Source of the DNA: Selaginella moellendorffii
Lineage: Eukaryota; Plantae; Lycopodiophyta
Direction of reading: 5' to 3'
Length of the DNA: 64,000 nucleotides
Assembly (NCBI RefSeq): GCF_000143415.4
Contig: NW_003314261.1
Span: forward strand, 1,564,117-1,628,116
Shown here: positions 1 to 11,213 of the stretch, piece after piece
Position numbering within the stretch: the stretch's first letter is position 1
Layout of the letters: the number at the start of each line of letters is the position of its first letter
Translations under genes and position numbers: made by a program
Notes under the pieces: model-generated
The model's database searches: none
The model's input: the letters and a program-made list of their open reading frames with translations, nothing else
Told to the model about the DNA's origin: nothing

Positions 1-858
1 AGGTGATACATTCACAAGCTTTGTGCTTGTTAGTCAATAATACTTTGTGTTCCTTGAGTTGTGTTTTGTGAGTTGTTTGGCATGCTATCTGCCATTTTTG
101 GTAGTTAAGTTTCATCATTGACTTTACTTAATGATATTCTTGCTATTGAATTTTGTTGGATGGTGAATCCTATGTTGTCCAATAATAGTGATCTTGGTGG
201 TTCCTATACTATAATACTGGTTTATTGGATGATAACTTACTTGGAATACTTTTGTGTTCTAATTTAAGCTTTATTCACTGATAATTACGACTCTACGATA
301 TCATTATCTATGACTTTGATATAGTCCATATAATGATATTTGAGTTTGGGCCAGTAATGGGCAAACTGGCTTCAGCACTTCATGTGCATGGTGAAATCTC
401 TAGTCATGGGGTAGCTACTGTCGACTAGTCACATAACCCGCTTCTCTGTCGATGTTCCTTATTTCGTTGAAAGGGCGTGACCATGTAAACAACTCTAACT
501 ACCTGTTTACAGTAGTCTATTTAAACCTTACCGACGGGTTTGGTTTCTTTGCTCAGAAGGATTGGGGCCTTTGGCTTCTCTCTCTATGCCACCTGTGGGT
601 AGGGGCGTATCACACTTTTGTAGCTGGGTGACACCCAGAGCAGCAAGGGTGGCTGATTCCGTTGGTCATTTCCTTGTCGGCGATAGCTGGAAGGTGTCTG
701 AGTTGGTAGTGCATCTGCATTAGACAAAGAGGTTGCCCCCTAACTCATTTAAGTTGGTGCATTTCTCACATAGTGTGAGTACCGTGAACTTTTTCTGGAG
801 TTATTTCCTTGGCAGTATTCTAGACTTGAGTATGTATCAACGAGGACGTCGATCTTCC

Positions 859-966
859 CTAGGGGGGGAGAGTGTCGCGCATGTGACTTCGGGTATCGAA
901 AGTTACTTGTCGACCAGTCCTTACGGACACTCTTACCTTACTGCCACGATAGCAGGAGGTCAGTAT
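859..966 (+). mobile_element. Polypurine tract and start of a 3' LTR of a Gypsy-like element whose body lies at 1-858, interrupted at 967
   Basis: GAGGACG...TAGGGGGGGAGAG followed immediately by TGTCGCG at 873, the usual PPT/LTR junction. Confidence 0.45.
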
Positions 967-2007
967 TGTTAGACCCTTTATTAGTCCCTCTTGTTCAAGT
1001 GTTAGTAAACTGGACTTTGCATTTGTACTTGGCCGGATGAGCATAAGGAAGGAATTCCTAAGTGTCTATTTAGCTGAGCATACTTGGCCCGGCTTGTTAG
1101 TTCTCTTTTGCTCTATCTTGCACTGGCTTGACAAAACAGTCGCGTATTGAGATTGGTCCCTCAATATCGCTACATAATAGTTTACCGTGTCTACCAAACA
1201 CCCTCGCTATCATGCCTTTTGTGTTAGTCTCATTTCGGTCCCAAATGCTATTTATGGAAAGTGTCCAGATTTGCTCATTTGGCATATCTACGGAATGTAG
1301 AGATCAGCCTGAACACAATGGTGTTCGTCCCGTATCCAAATTCACAATCTAAGGACATTCCATATTTCGTAAGTTTGAAACTTGTCCCAGAGACTAACTC
1401 CTGGTACTAAGGGATGCTTGGGGTGAAAGCCCAAAGCATGTGTTCCATAAGGGGGGGGGGGGGGTTCCAAATGTATAGTAGGGATAGTGGGTAGGCCGAG
1501 CATGGCCGACCAACCTGAGGCATAGTTTAGCTCCCACTTGCGTGCCTGTCCTTGTTCAGCATCCAGCTTGGGTCTAAGCCTAAGTTCCATTCCATGTTAG
1601 CTGGTGGAGTACCCATATCCTCACGTTAGGCCACCGGTATGCCGAAATAGTGCCAGACTCCGTTTGGCTCCATTTTGCGTGCTGGTCCTGGCATTGGGAT
1701 GCTGGTTGCTCTAGGACCGTTCCAAGTCGCTCTGGGCTTCTGTCCCTTTGCTCCTTGGGCTGTACGCTTGAAAGTTGCTCCGTGGTTCGGTTCCGTCACT
1801 CCTTGGCTCCATGCTTGGGAGTTTGGCACCGTTCCTTCATTCAGTGGCCCAAGGCCCTGAATGGGTTCCACACCACGTTCCTTTGGACACATGGCATGTG
1901 ACTCGTGGCATTTGTCACATGGCACAAAGAGGGTTTAGGTTCCGCTTCGTGGTGTTATCCTATGGTAAATCACCATAGGATAAAGGGTCAAAACCATGTG
2001 CACTACA
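967..2007 (-). mobile_element. Probable solo LTR (~1 kb)
   Basis: Bounded by TGTTAG at 967 and CACTACA ending at 2007. The minus-strand end GGGTCTAACA resembles the LTR end at 4864. No coding homology; contains a G15 run (1451-1465) and a 12-bp hairpin (1955-1983). Confidence 0.4.
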
Positions 2008-4466
2008 ATGACATCCTGATCTACTCAAAAACTAAGGAGGAGCATGACAAACATGTATGCAAGGTGCTGGCAAAGTTGTGAGAACACGGCCTATATGCAA
2101 AGCTTGAGAAATGTTTTTTTGATTAGCAGTCTGTGGAGTTCCTTGGGTACATTGTCACTCTTGAGGGTATCACGATGGATCCTACCAAAGTCAAGATTAT
2201 TCTCGAATGGGAGCCTCCACAATCAATGTCAGACGTTCAGGTTTTCCTTGGCATCGCCAACTTCTACCGCAAATTCATTGATCACTACTCTAACATTGTC
2301 CTTCCTCTCACACATCTCACTTGCAAGGATGTTCCCTTCTCTTGGTCTGCTGCTGCCCAGCAGGCCTTTGACACACTCAAGGTGGCCTTCAGTTCTGCTC
2401 CTGTCTTGATCCACACGGATCCCTCACAACCTTTCTTCATCAAGGCTGATGCCTCCGACTTTGCCATCAATGCTGTGCTGTCTCAACTCGGAGCGGATCA
2501 CAAACTTTATCCAGTCGCTTTCCATTCTCGGAAATTCCAGCCTGCGGAGATCAATTACAAAATCCACAACAAGGAGCTCCTTGCCATCGTGGATTCCTTT
2601 GGAGAGTGGCACCGTTTCTTGGAGGGGGCGGGCCATCAAACAACAGTCTGGATGGATCACAAAAATCTCAAGTACTTTGCCACTTCCCGAGTTTTGAGCC
2701 GCCGTCAAGCAAGGTGGGCACAATTCCTAAGTTGGTTTGACTTTGTTATCAAGTACAGACCTGGAAAGCTTCAAGGCCTTCCTGATGCTCTTTCAAGGCT
2801 CTCCTATCTTAGTCTCAGGCCTGGTAATCCTGCCTTCGATCAACAGGATCAAGTTATCCTTGGTCCTGATCGGCTTCAAGTTATGGCAATTTCCCTAGCC
2901 CCTCAGGACTCCTCCTTGATGGATGCGATCAGAAACGATCTTCAATCGGATGACCTCGCCAGCGACATTTTTCCCCATCTTCAGGCTGGACAGCCAGTGA
3001 CTCTCGACTGCCGGCGATTTGACGAGTTCGAGTTCTTAGATGGCTTGTTGTAATGTGGGGAGCAGCTTTACGTTCCTAAAGGTGATGCTCGAAGGTTGGT
3101 CCTGATGGCGTGCCACGATAGCCCGATTGCTGGTCACTTCGGCATCACAAAGACCTATCAGCTGGTTGCACAGGACTTTTGGTGGCCTCACATAGACGGC
3201 TACATCAAAACTTTTGTTACCTCTTGTGACACTTGCGCCCGAAATAAGGTACCTCGCCACCTTCCTTCAGGTTTGCTTCATTCCCTCCCGGTCCCTTCAG
3301 GTCCTTGGGAATTCATCTCCATGGATTTCTTGAGTGATCTTCCGAGTTCTTGAGGCTTCAACAGCATTTTAGTCGTGGTGGATCGCTTCACAAAGATGGC
3401 GCACTTCCTGCCGTGTACCAAGGAGTTTTCGGGCGAGGACATGGAAAAACTAGTATTTAGGGAAATTTTCTGACTTCATAGGATTTCTGCAGATGTGGTT
3501 TTGGATCGGGGACCTCAGTTCATCTCTTATTTCTGGCAACGGTTTTTGCAGCTGCTTGGAGTGAAGGCCAACCTCTCTTTGGCGTATCATCCTCAAACTG
3601 ATGGACAGTCTGAGCGAATGATTCAGACGTTAGAACAATTCCTGAGGTGCTTCATCAAATATCATCAGCATGACTGGTTCGATATCCTTCCACTTGCTGA
3701 GTTCTCCTATAACAACTCTGTCCACTCCTCTCTTCGAGTTTCCCCCTTCTTTACGAACTCTGGCCGAAATCCCCAATTCAATCTCTCACTTCCTTCTCCA
3801 TCCGAATCCGCTCATTCAAATCCCCGCTCTGAGACATTTGTCTCCAACCTCCAGGAAATCCACAACTCCATCTCCTTCCACCTCCATCGTGCTCAGGAAT
3901 CTCATAAAACATTTGCCAATGCCCATCGTCAGGATTGTCCCCCTTACAATATTGGGGATAAAGTCTGGCTCTTCAGGCAAAATATCTCCACCACCAGGCC
4001 ATGTCCCAAACTCGATTTCAAACGCCTCGGTCCTTTCCCTATCACTACTATCATTAATTCTGTTACTTATCGCCTTGCACTTCCCTCCTCCTATCAAATT
4101 CACCCCATTTTTCACTCCTCTCTCCTTGAGCCTTATATTCCCAGTCCTATTCCAAATTGGGTCATTCCTCCGCCTTCACCAGTGCAGCTCGAGGATGGGT
4201 CTGAGTACGAGGTTCAGGACATCCTTGATTCCAAGATCTCACGATCTAAACTCTACTATCTGGTCAACTGGAAAGGTTATGAACCTGAAGAATGCACTTG
4301 GGAACCTGCGGACAACCTGATTCATTCTCCTGACCTTGTTCAAGACTTCCACCGCCGCTATCCTTCTCGTCCCAGCCCTCATTCTTTTTCTCTATCTCCC
4401 GTCTCTGGCCGCCCATCTCATCCTCCTCTTCATTCTCATTCACGTCCTCGTTCCACTCGTTCTTGA
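2008..4466 (+). mobile_element. Ty3/Gypsy chromovirus pol, 5'-truncated and with stops: RT C-half, RNase H, integrase, chromodomain
   Basis: DILIYS..KLEKCFF..VEFLGY (RT); ADASDFAI, ELLAIV, DHKNL (RNase H); HDSPIAGHFG..CDTC, ISMDF, DRGPQF, YHPQTDGQSER (integrase); KRLGPF; YEVQDILD..YLVNWKGY..TWEP (chromodomain). In-frame stops near 2089, 2124, 3051, 3351, 3471. Confidence 0.95.
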
Positions 4467-4477
4467 GGAGGGGGTGC

Positions 4478-4864
4478 TGTTAGGAATTCCCCAATTCATA
4501 CCACATTCCTGAATCTCACTGGATTCCTGACCTGCAGACTACATTCCTTATTCTCGAAACACTTCCCTATTTCTGACTCTCGAGACTCTTCCCTATTCCT
4601 AACTCTCTGATTTCCTATACGATTCCTAAGTCTTGAGCCACATTCCTAATGATGATGTGGCACCTCCTCGACCTCAGCTATATTTAGGCCGTCCTCGATC
4701 CAAGAGTGGTGGAGCTTCATCAACATATAGTATATATAGGTTAGTCTTATTCCACTTCTCCACAATTTGAATCAACACCAGTCTAAGGCCTCTTCTTTGT
4801 TTCCACTAGCTTTTCTCTTTATCTTTTGCATTTTCCAGTCTTAATCTTGTTGGGGGTCTTGACA
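4478..4864 (+). mobile_element. 3' LTR of the chromovirus
   Basis: PPT GAGGAGGGGG at 4465-4474, then TGTTAG...CTTGACA termini; TATA-like CTATATTTA near 4678. Confidence 0.8.
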
Positions 4865-5119
4865 CATCCCTAGTTAGAATCAAATGATGTATGGCAATCT
4901 TAACCCCAGATGATAGGTTAAATTCAAAGAGATCGGCATACTCCTTCATGAGCTGGTGAAGTTGAAGGGATCAAAAAAAGGAAGAGCAGAACAAAACGAA
5001 AATATAGGACGAAATAATAGGGAGACAAAAGTAATGGAAATAAAAGTAAAAGTAGAGGGATAAAGAGGTACGAAAGTGAGAGGAATGGATAAAATATAAA
5101 GAAGTATGAGACAAAGGGG

Positions 5120-6749
5120 AGAAGCCTCAAAGTCACACTTGGCATGAGTGCACTATAACCAATCTATACCAAGGATAAAGTCAAAACTTTGACTTAGCAC
5201 CATTTACAATGACTGCAACTCAAGTTCGAGATCGCTTATACACAATTAGATCCACGTCATCCCATGCACATGCATGTGTATGACTGTTTCCATAAAAAAT
5301 AAAAATTGGCTCTACCACATGACGCAAATGTAGATGGAAACATGTGGCAACAGGTAGAGCAATAGAAGATAAACTTGAACTTATATTAACTAAAATGGAG
5401 AGAATAATAGGAAATCTCTTGTTATAAAAATGAGTTATGAAAGTAAACACTAAATGAATTTGTGCCGAGTGAACCCCTTGATGATACTTCTGAAAGAAAG
5501 ATGAAAGGGTCACTGACTTATTTATGCAAGGTCCCTTTGTTACTTGTACGACACCTCATTTCTTGGATGCATTTAGGTGTTTAAACCTTCCACTACAACA
5601 GCATCAATAGGACATTATTAACACCAAAGTCTCCACCTAGGAAATAGAGGCTGCCAATCCAAAAAACGCCAACAATGTCAATAAATGTGACCAACTTTAT
5701 CACACACTCAACAACAAACATCATAGCCATGACTATATCCTCCCCTTATCCTTGAACTCAAGCAGTAGCAACATCAACCTTCATTGGAATAAGACCATCT
5801 CCCACATGAAGTGGAGCTGAAGGATGTGTAGCAAGAAATGGAGGTAAGGACATCTTATAATGTTGTGTCAAACAAAGGGCATTGTCAAGGGTGGCTAGAA
5901 CAAGTGCATGCATAAGTTGTACAAGATCTTGATGAAGTGCTGGCCATAACATTCCCAGGTTAATCCACTCTAACATATTTAGCTTTGCATGAAGCAAGAG
6001 GCTTCAAAAGTAAACACCAAATTGCATCACAAACTCAAATGATCTTTGATAAAGATAATGCAATTGTTGGAAGGCATCATCACAATCATCAGTATGTCCA
6101 AATGCGCATTTGAAAAAGTATTAGGAGAATATTCCAATCCCTACAAGTGGTTGCACTCAAACCATTGTACTACTACAGTGTTGTCCCTTGGAGACAAGTG
6201 GGAAACTCACACAAACATTAAACACCATCCCAAGAATTATATGTGGCAATCACCATAAAGTGATCAAACCAATGATGCACATTCTCCCTAGGATTCTTAT
6301 GAAAGAACTTTGGCCGAACCCAAGGATCGGCACCAAGAGCAGAAGGAGCTATACCACGTGCCATGAATGCCACCATCAACTAAGTTTGGTTATGCAACTA
6401 GTATCGAACAATTGCACCAACTACTACTCCAAAGTCAAAGGAGGAGGAGACTGATGCTTTGCCATGAAGATGTATGAAAAGAAAAGAGTGAAAGAAATGA
6501 AATGGAACAAGCTAGAATGAAAAGGAGATTTAAATAATGCAAAAGCTAGATTTAAACAAAAATCCCAAATTCAAGCACTCTTTAAGGACAATCAAAGGTG
6601 CCATTCAACTCCACCAATGTAAATGTATAGAATATAAAAAACAGAATATAAAAAATGTGTATATCAATTAACCCAAAAATCTTAGCTTATATAGAGGAAT
6701 AAGTGATCTGGATTGAAACCAATCTGACAACTACCAAAATCCCACTACA
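5120..6749 (-). mobile_element. Heavily decayed Gypsy-like element: short 5' LTR, PBS, gag, zinc knuckle, aspartic protease
   Basis: Minus-strand translation gives gag-like RPKFFHKNPRENVHHWFDHFMVIATYNSWD (~6330-6230), knuckle C*VCDKVGHIY*HC (5713-5672), ILVNISSS (decayed ILVDTGSS) and FDFILGIDWL (~5190-5160). TGTAG..TTACA spans 6749-6618, followed by PBS-like TGGTGGAG. Confidence 0.75.
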
Positions 6750-6799
6750 TTAATATTAGTATACGGCATTATAGCCGTATAATTGGACCTCATATTTAA

Positions 6800-7912
6800 T
6801 TGTTTTTTTGTTTGTTTTTTTTTAATAAATCACAAATTGTTAAGGCCATGAATAACTTTGTTTTTGACTATATGGTGACTCAACTATAGTGTTAATAAAT
6901 TGTGATCTTCCTACAAGTAAATGTGCACTAATCTTTGCTAACTCATCTACAACTTGATTTCCAATGATGTCATAGTGCCCTTTGACCTTACAAAAATGAA
7001 CTGGAATAAGTGATGTTCTCACAAGCCAAACAATCGTTTGGATGATATTTGCATTCAGGTGGCAACCCAAGGATATTAGGTCTTGCATATACATCTCTAG
7101 CAGAGTGAGGGGATCATAGCTGTCGGTGTATACAAAGATTGGCTCCCACAATCCCTAGTGCTATTGCATCTCCAAACAAATTTCGAGGGCTTATAACAAA
7201 CCTAACAACTCAAATGTGATAATGGAGTTTGTATGTAGATTGTTGATTAACCTTCTCCCACAAGTAAGTTATATGAAAATTCTTAAGATGAATACTCCAT
7301 AACCTCCAAAAATTTTGCAATTGAAATATTTATTAGTAAAAGCTTGCAATCTAGATTATTAACTGCCATTTTTAACATATACACAACCTTATTCACCTCA
7401 AACATTTCACTTCCTTGTCTTTAATGCTATTTTCTTGTTCTGGAAAGTACACCTAACCCAAAAAAGCAATGGCAAAAGCTATGGAAATATGTCCTTTTTT
7501 TCTCAATTTGAAAATTCCAAACATCCCAGAGGACGGAAAATGATGCAGGAACTTATATAACAACAGCTCTAGAAACCTGCCAATATGTGACTTAAAAACT
7601 TCATCCTTTCGTCTGAATCAAGCTTGCAATCGTGAAAACTGATCACGCTATCGCTCACTGTTTAGAACTTGAAGAAAAGCCAAAAGGAAAAAGCAGTGTT
7701 AGCAGGAGAGATCAGCGTGGCAGCCGGGGGCGGCGATCTTATACGGCAGTCGCTCCTCCCGTCGTTTTCCAACCGTCTCATCCCACGCATGCGCGCGATT
7801 ACCGATTTATATTCCACGGCTTACATCAAGCAAGCAACGCTGTGCTTTCCTGGAGAAAACAATTAGTCTAAGAGCTGGTCTCTCGTCTCTTACATTTAGC
7901 CTGCCTTGGTTC
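6800..7912 (-). repeat. Copy 1 of a ~1 kb dispersed inverted duplication (upstream segment + RNase H + A-rich tail)
   Basis: Reverse complement aligns by eye to 30428-31416, e.g. GGCAGCCGGGGGCGGCGATCTTATA and GCAACGCTGTGCTTTCCTGGAGAAAACAA. Confidence 0.92.
6822..7405 (-). pseudogene. RNase H (RNase HI fold) pseudogene, paralog of 30811-31395
   Basis: YTDS, CKVKGH, GNQVVDELAK retained; FTDGS changed to FTNKY; TGG>TAG and CAA>TAA stops; colinear with the intact copy. Confidence 0.9.
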
Positions 7913-8475
7913 CGAGCTCCCTCTGCGTGGGCTACTTCGTACCTGCAAGGATCACGATCTCGTCGTGACTTGAATCTCATGAGCGAGCGAGCGGATCAAA
8001 TGCGTGCCATACCTGTCACTGGTACTAAGTCTTATTTGATTCTTCCGCGCATCGAGGACGCTCTCGCTCCCTGAAAAAAGAAAGCAAAAACACACAAAAC
8101 AATTGTTAAAGCTAGATGGACAAACAAACAGCCAACCAACCTCGCAAGTCGCGGCATTGTTTCCGAAACACCAAACAACGACGGAGACGGAGAGAGAGAG
8201 AGAACAAAATTAAAGCTTTTTCTTTTCGCTATCGGACCATAAGTGCCTGAAACATTCCCCTGCAAAGGCAAGCAGGCTCTTTAAGGAGCAAATCTCACCA
8301 GCGAGCACACGTACAGTGCTGGGAGCTCTCCCCTCTCTCTCTCTTTCTATCTCCTCCCTTCACTTTGTAGTTAGCCGTGTCAAAATGGTTAGAGAGAAAA
8401 TCAGTAAAAGAAAAATGCCGCTACGACAAAAACACACCTCCCTCCGAACCTGGATATAATTCTGATCGTCGCAGA

Positions 8476-8507
8476 AGTAGTAGTAGTAGTAGCAGCAGCA
8501 GCAGCAG
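8476..8507 (+). repeat. Compound (GTA)n(GCA)n microsatellite
   Basis: Directly visible. Confidence 0.9.
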
Positions 8508-8556
8508 TTCTCGTCGCTCTCGTCGTCGTGCCGCCGCCTTTTCTTCACTCCATCAA

Positions 8557-10420
8557 TCAACAAAGCTTCATCATCTCGGCTGACTGCTGCGGCTCTTGCC
8601 TCCCATAGGCCATGAGCGGCTCTCTCGCAAACCCCACCTCCCTGCTAGCCACGACTTCTCTCAAAGCCCACCACAAGAAGGGCGCCGCAAGGAACGCATA
8701 AGTTCCAATGGCGAGGCTTCTCACGATCCCATTCTCGTAGACCGGCAAGGCCATGACGACGAGGACACCAGCGATACCGACCCAGGGAGTCATGGTGGGA
8801 AAGACTGGCAACTGGAAGACGTTTGCAGTGATGACCAAGTAGGAAAGAGAACCGAGAAGGAGAACACTCCAGCCCATCACAGGATGAACTGTAGTCGGGA
8901 TGACAAAGAATGGAAGGACGAAGCACATAACAATGGCGACAACCGGGGACAGCTTGGCAACTAGGCGATAAAAGAATTGTGTTAGATCGGGACAAGGACA
9001 CCTACCTAGGCACGATTTGAGGGGGACTTTCTCGGAGGACGAAAATCTGCGGCGTATGACTAACGAGACAGTCATGGTTATGAGGTAGAAAATGGCTTCC
9101 GCTGCCAGGATCGGAATCTCGGTACCATATCTGATATATATCGTATCGGTGTAAGTACCAGCACTATTGACAAAAAATTCCATACATACCCGATGGATTT
9201 TCTTCGCTGCTCATGCCACGATAGTCCAAGAGGAAGGACCGGCCAGGCCCACCAATACCATGGCTTGAGTAGTGGAATGCTTGGAAATGTGATTACGCTG
9301 TTTGGCCCGCATGGGACATTCCACTTGAGACGCAAATCTGGTAACGTAAAGGATAAGTACATGAAAGATCCAGCACGCCAGCCAGCGCACCAAACAAAAA
9401 AACTAGAGAAGAAAAAAAAAACAACCACAGCCGGACTTACAGTAATATGAAGCGTCCATTTGGTATCCGAGAGGAAGACGATACAAGCCGTCCAATTTCG
9501 ATCCATTTCGGGGAGGGGTGAACAGTGGCCTTTCCAAAAGATCACTGAAGTAGGCTGTCAAAAGCCCCTGATCGGCGCCATCGTTGTTCTCTCTTCCCTC
9601 CTTTATGACCTCGAGCATGTCCTGGAACGTCTCGTTGGAAGGCTGCCAAAGCGAAACTATCAGACACAGACACAGACACACACACAAAACAAAGAGATCT
9701 AAGAAGCAAACTTCACTGCCTCCAACGCATTTATGATCGCGCTTGCGTACCTTGAGAACGAAAAGGCCCGTGTGGAAGTAGCAGGGATTGATGAAGCACG
9801 CGCAAAACTCCCCGCACTGGAAGAGCTCGTCCGTGTTGTGCAAGAACATGTTATCGGCGTCGAGCATCACCACTCTCTCGTAGTCTGTGAGAGACCACGC
9901 GTAGATTTTGTTGAGCGTGAACATGAACCGATCGTTGAATCCATCCATCCCCTTGTATGGATTTGGGATATCGGTGACCGAGACAACCTTGACGCCCTCT
10001 TTGTTCCTGGCAAAGGGAGAGCAAACGATTTTCAGCTGCCAGATCGAGCGATATTTCGCCAGGGATCGGATCGATAGACACTTACAGCGTGCGAATCCAG
10101 CGCGGCGGCACAGTCGTCGAGGCGATGACGATCAGATCGGCATCGGCCTTGTGCCGCGCCAGGGACTGCATCATGACCCTGATCGCCACGAAGAACTCGT
10201 AATCCCGGGGCGTCCCCATGTACATCATCGTCGCGTACGCGTTGCTGTGCCGAGGAGCAGCGCCAGCGTCCGCGGCGGAGAGAGCGACCGACATGGCGAG
10301 AATGGCGACGAGGATCTGCATTGCGAAAAGATAGGCGCCGCTGCCCCAGCTCCCGGCCATGCTCTGGCCGGATCGAGCGCCAAATCCCCTAAATACCCAG
10401 CGCCGCCGCTGCTCTGCCAA
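8557..10420 (-). CDS. Glycosyltransferase family 8, PGSIP7/PGSIP8-like with C-terminal transmembrane region (about 4 exons)
   Basis: NAYATMMYMGTPRDYEF, VVMLDADNMFL (DxD), FINPCYFHTGLFVL, DGADQG, KPWYWW; GT-AG introns link the ORF pieces. Confidence 0.9.
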
Positions 10421-10595
10421 GGATCACAATGCAGCTCCGCCACGCCGATTGACGCGCTCCCAGATTTCGCCGCCTTACTCGCGCATCGATCGATCGCTCG
10501 GCATCCCTAGCCTAGCCTAGCCCTGGAGAACGCGCACCCTCTCAAACCCATCGTGGATCCCGAGGTCTTATCCCAGGAAGGAGGTCCCCCTACGG

Positions 10596-10625
10596 GCATA
10601 TACTCCAGTGCGCCGGGGAATATAC
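10596..10625. promoter_or_regulatory. Two P1BS (GNATATNC) motifs 22 bp apart upstream of the GT8 gene
   Basis: GCATATAC 10596-10603 and GAATATAC 10618-10625. Confidence 0.5.
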
Positions 10626-11213
10626 TCCTGTCGAGATATTTGCCCTTTCAAAACTTTGTCGTTGTACCTTCTACGCGTACGTTTTGTGGCGGCCATGTCA
10701 TGACCGGATCTCACAACGCGGAACCCAATCGCGTGTGCTTCGACTTTGCCCTCGTAGTCCTTGAAGAGACGGGGTTTGACTTAGACAACGGCCACGATGT
10801 CCACGTCCGTACGATAAAAATTCGATCGTGCGGCTGTGGTCTAGAACCCGCCGTATCATTTGACAAGTCAAAAGAGAAATATCTTGACACAGTCGAGCTG
10901 CCGAGAGTTGTTTGTGAATTCCGTGTTGAATCCAAAGTGAAGAACACGGGCGGATCTAAACCATTTTTTTCGTGCCACGCTCTTCCTGGACTGGACCCCA
11001 GATAACAAGTTTTGCTGGATATTCCACTGCTCTGAATGGAGAGCAAACGTAAGGACAGGAAGGAAAGCTCTCAACAGTTGCTACATTCCCAAAAATCAAA
11101 GAGTTGGAAAATAGGACGAAGAACCTGTGAATTTGGGATGGTATCTTTGACGATCCACCATTGCTCCAGTGTGTCAGAAATTGCGGAGAAAAAATCGAAA
11201 TGGGAGGCGTCGT

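Noticed and set aside
2001-2008. CACTACAA as a CACTA transposon terminus (also at 57066)
   Set aside because: No matching TTGTAGTG end, subterminal repeats or transposase found
6735-6781. 8-bp hairpin TATACGGC/GCCGTATA as a Helitron 3' end
   Set aside because: The terminus would be GTAG rather than CTRR, the same bases fit an LTR start (TGTAG), and copy 2 of the module lacks the hairpin
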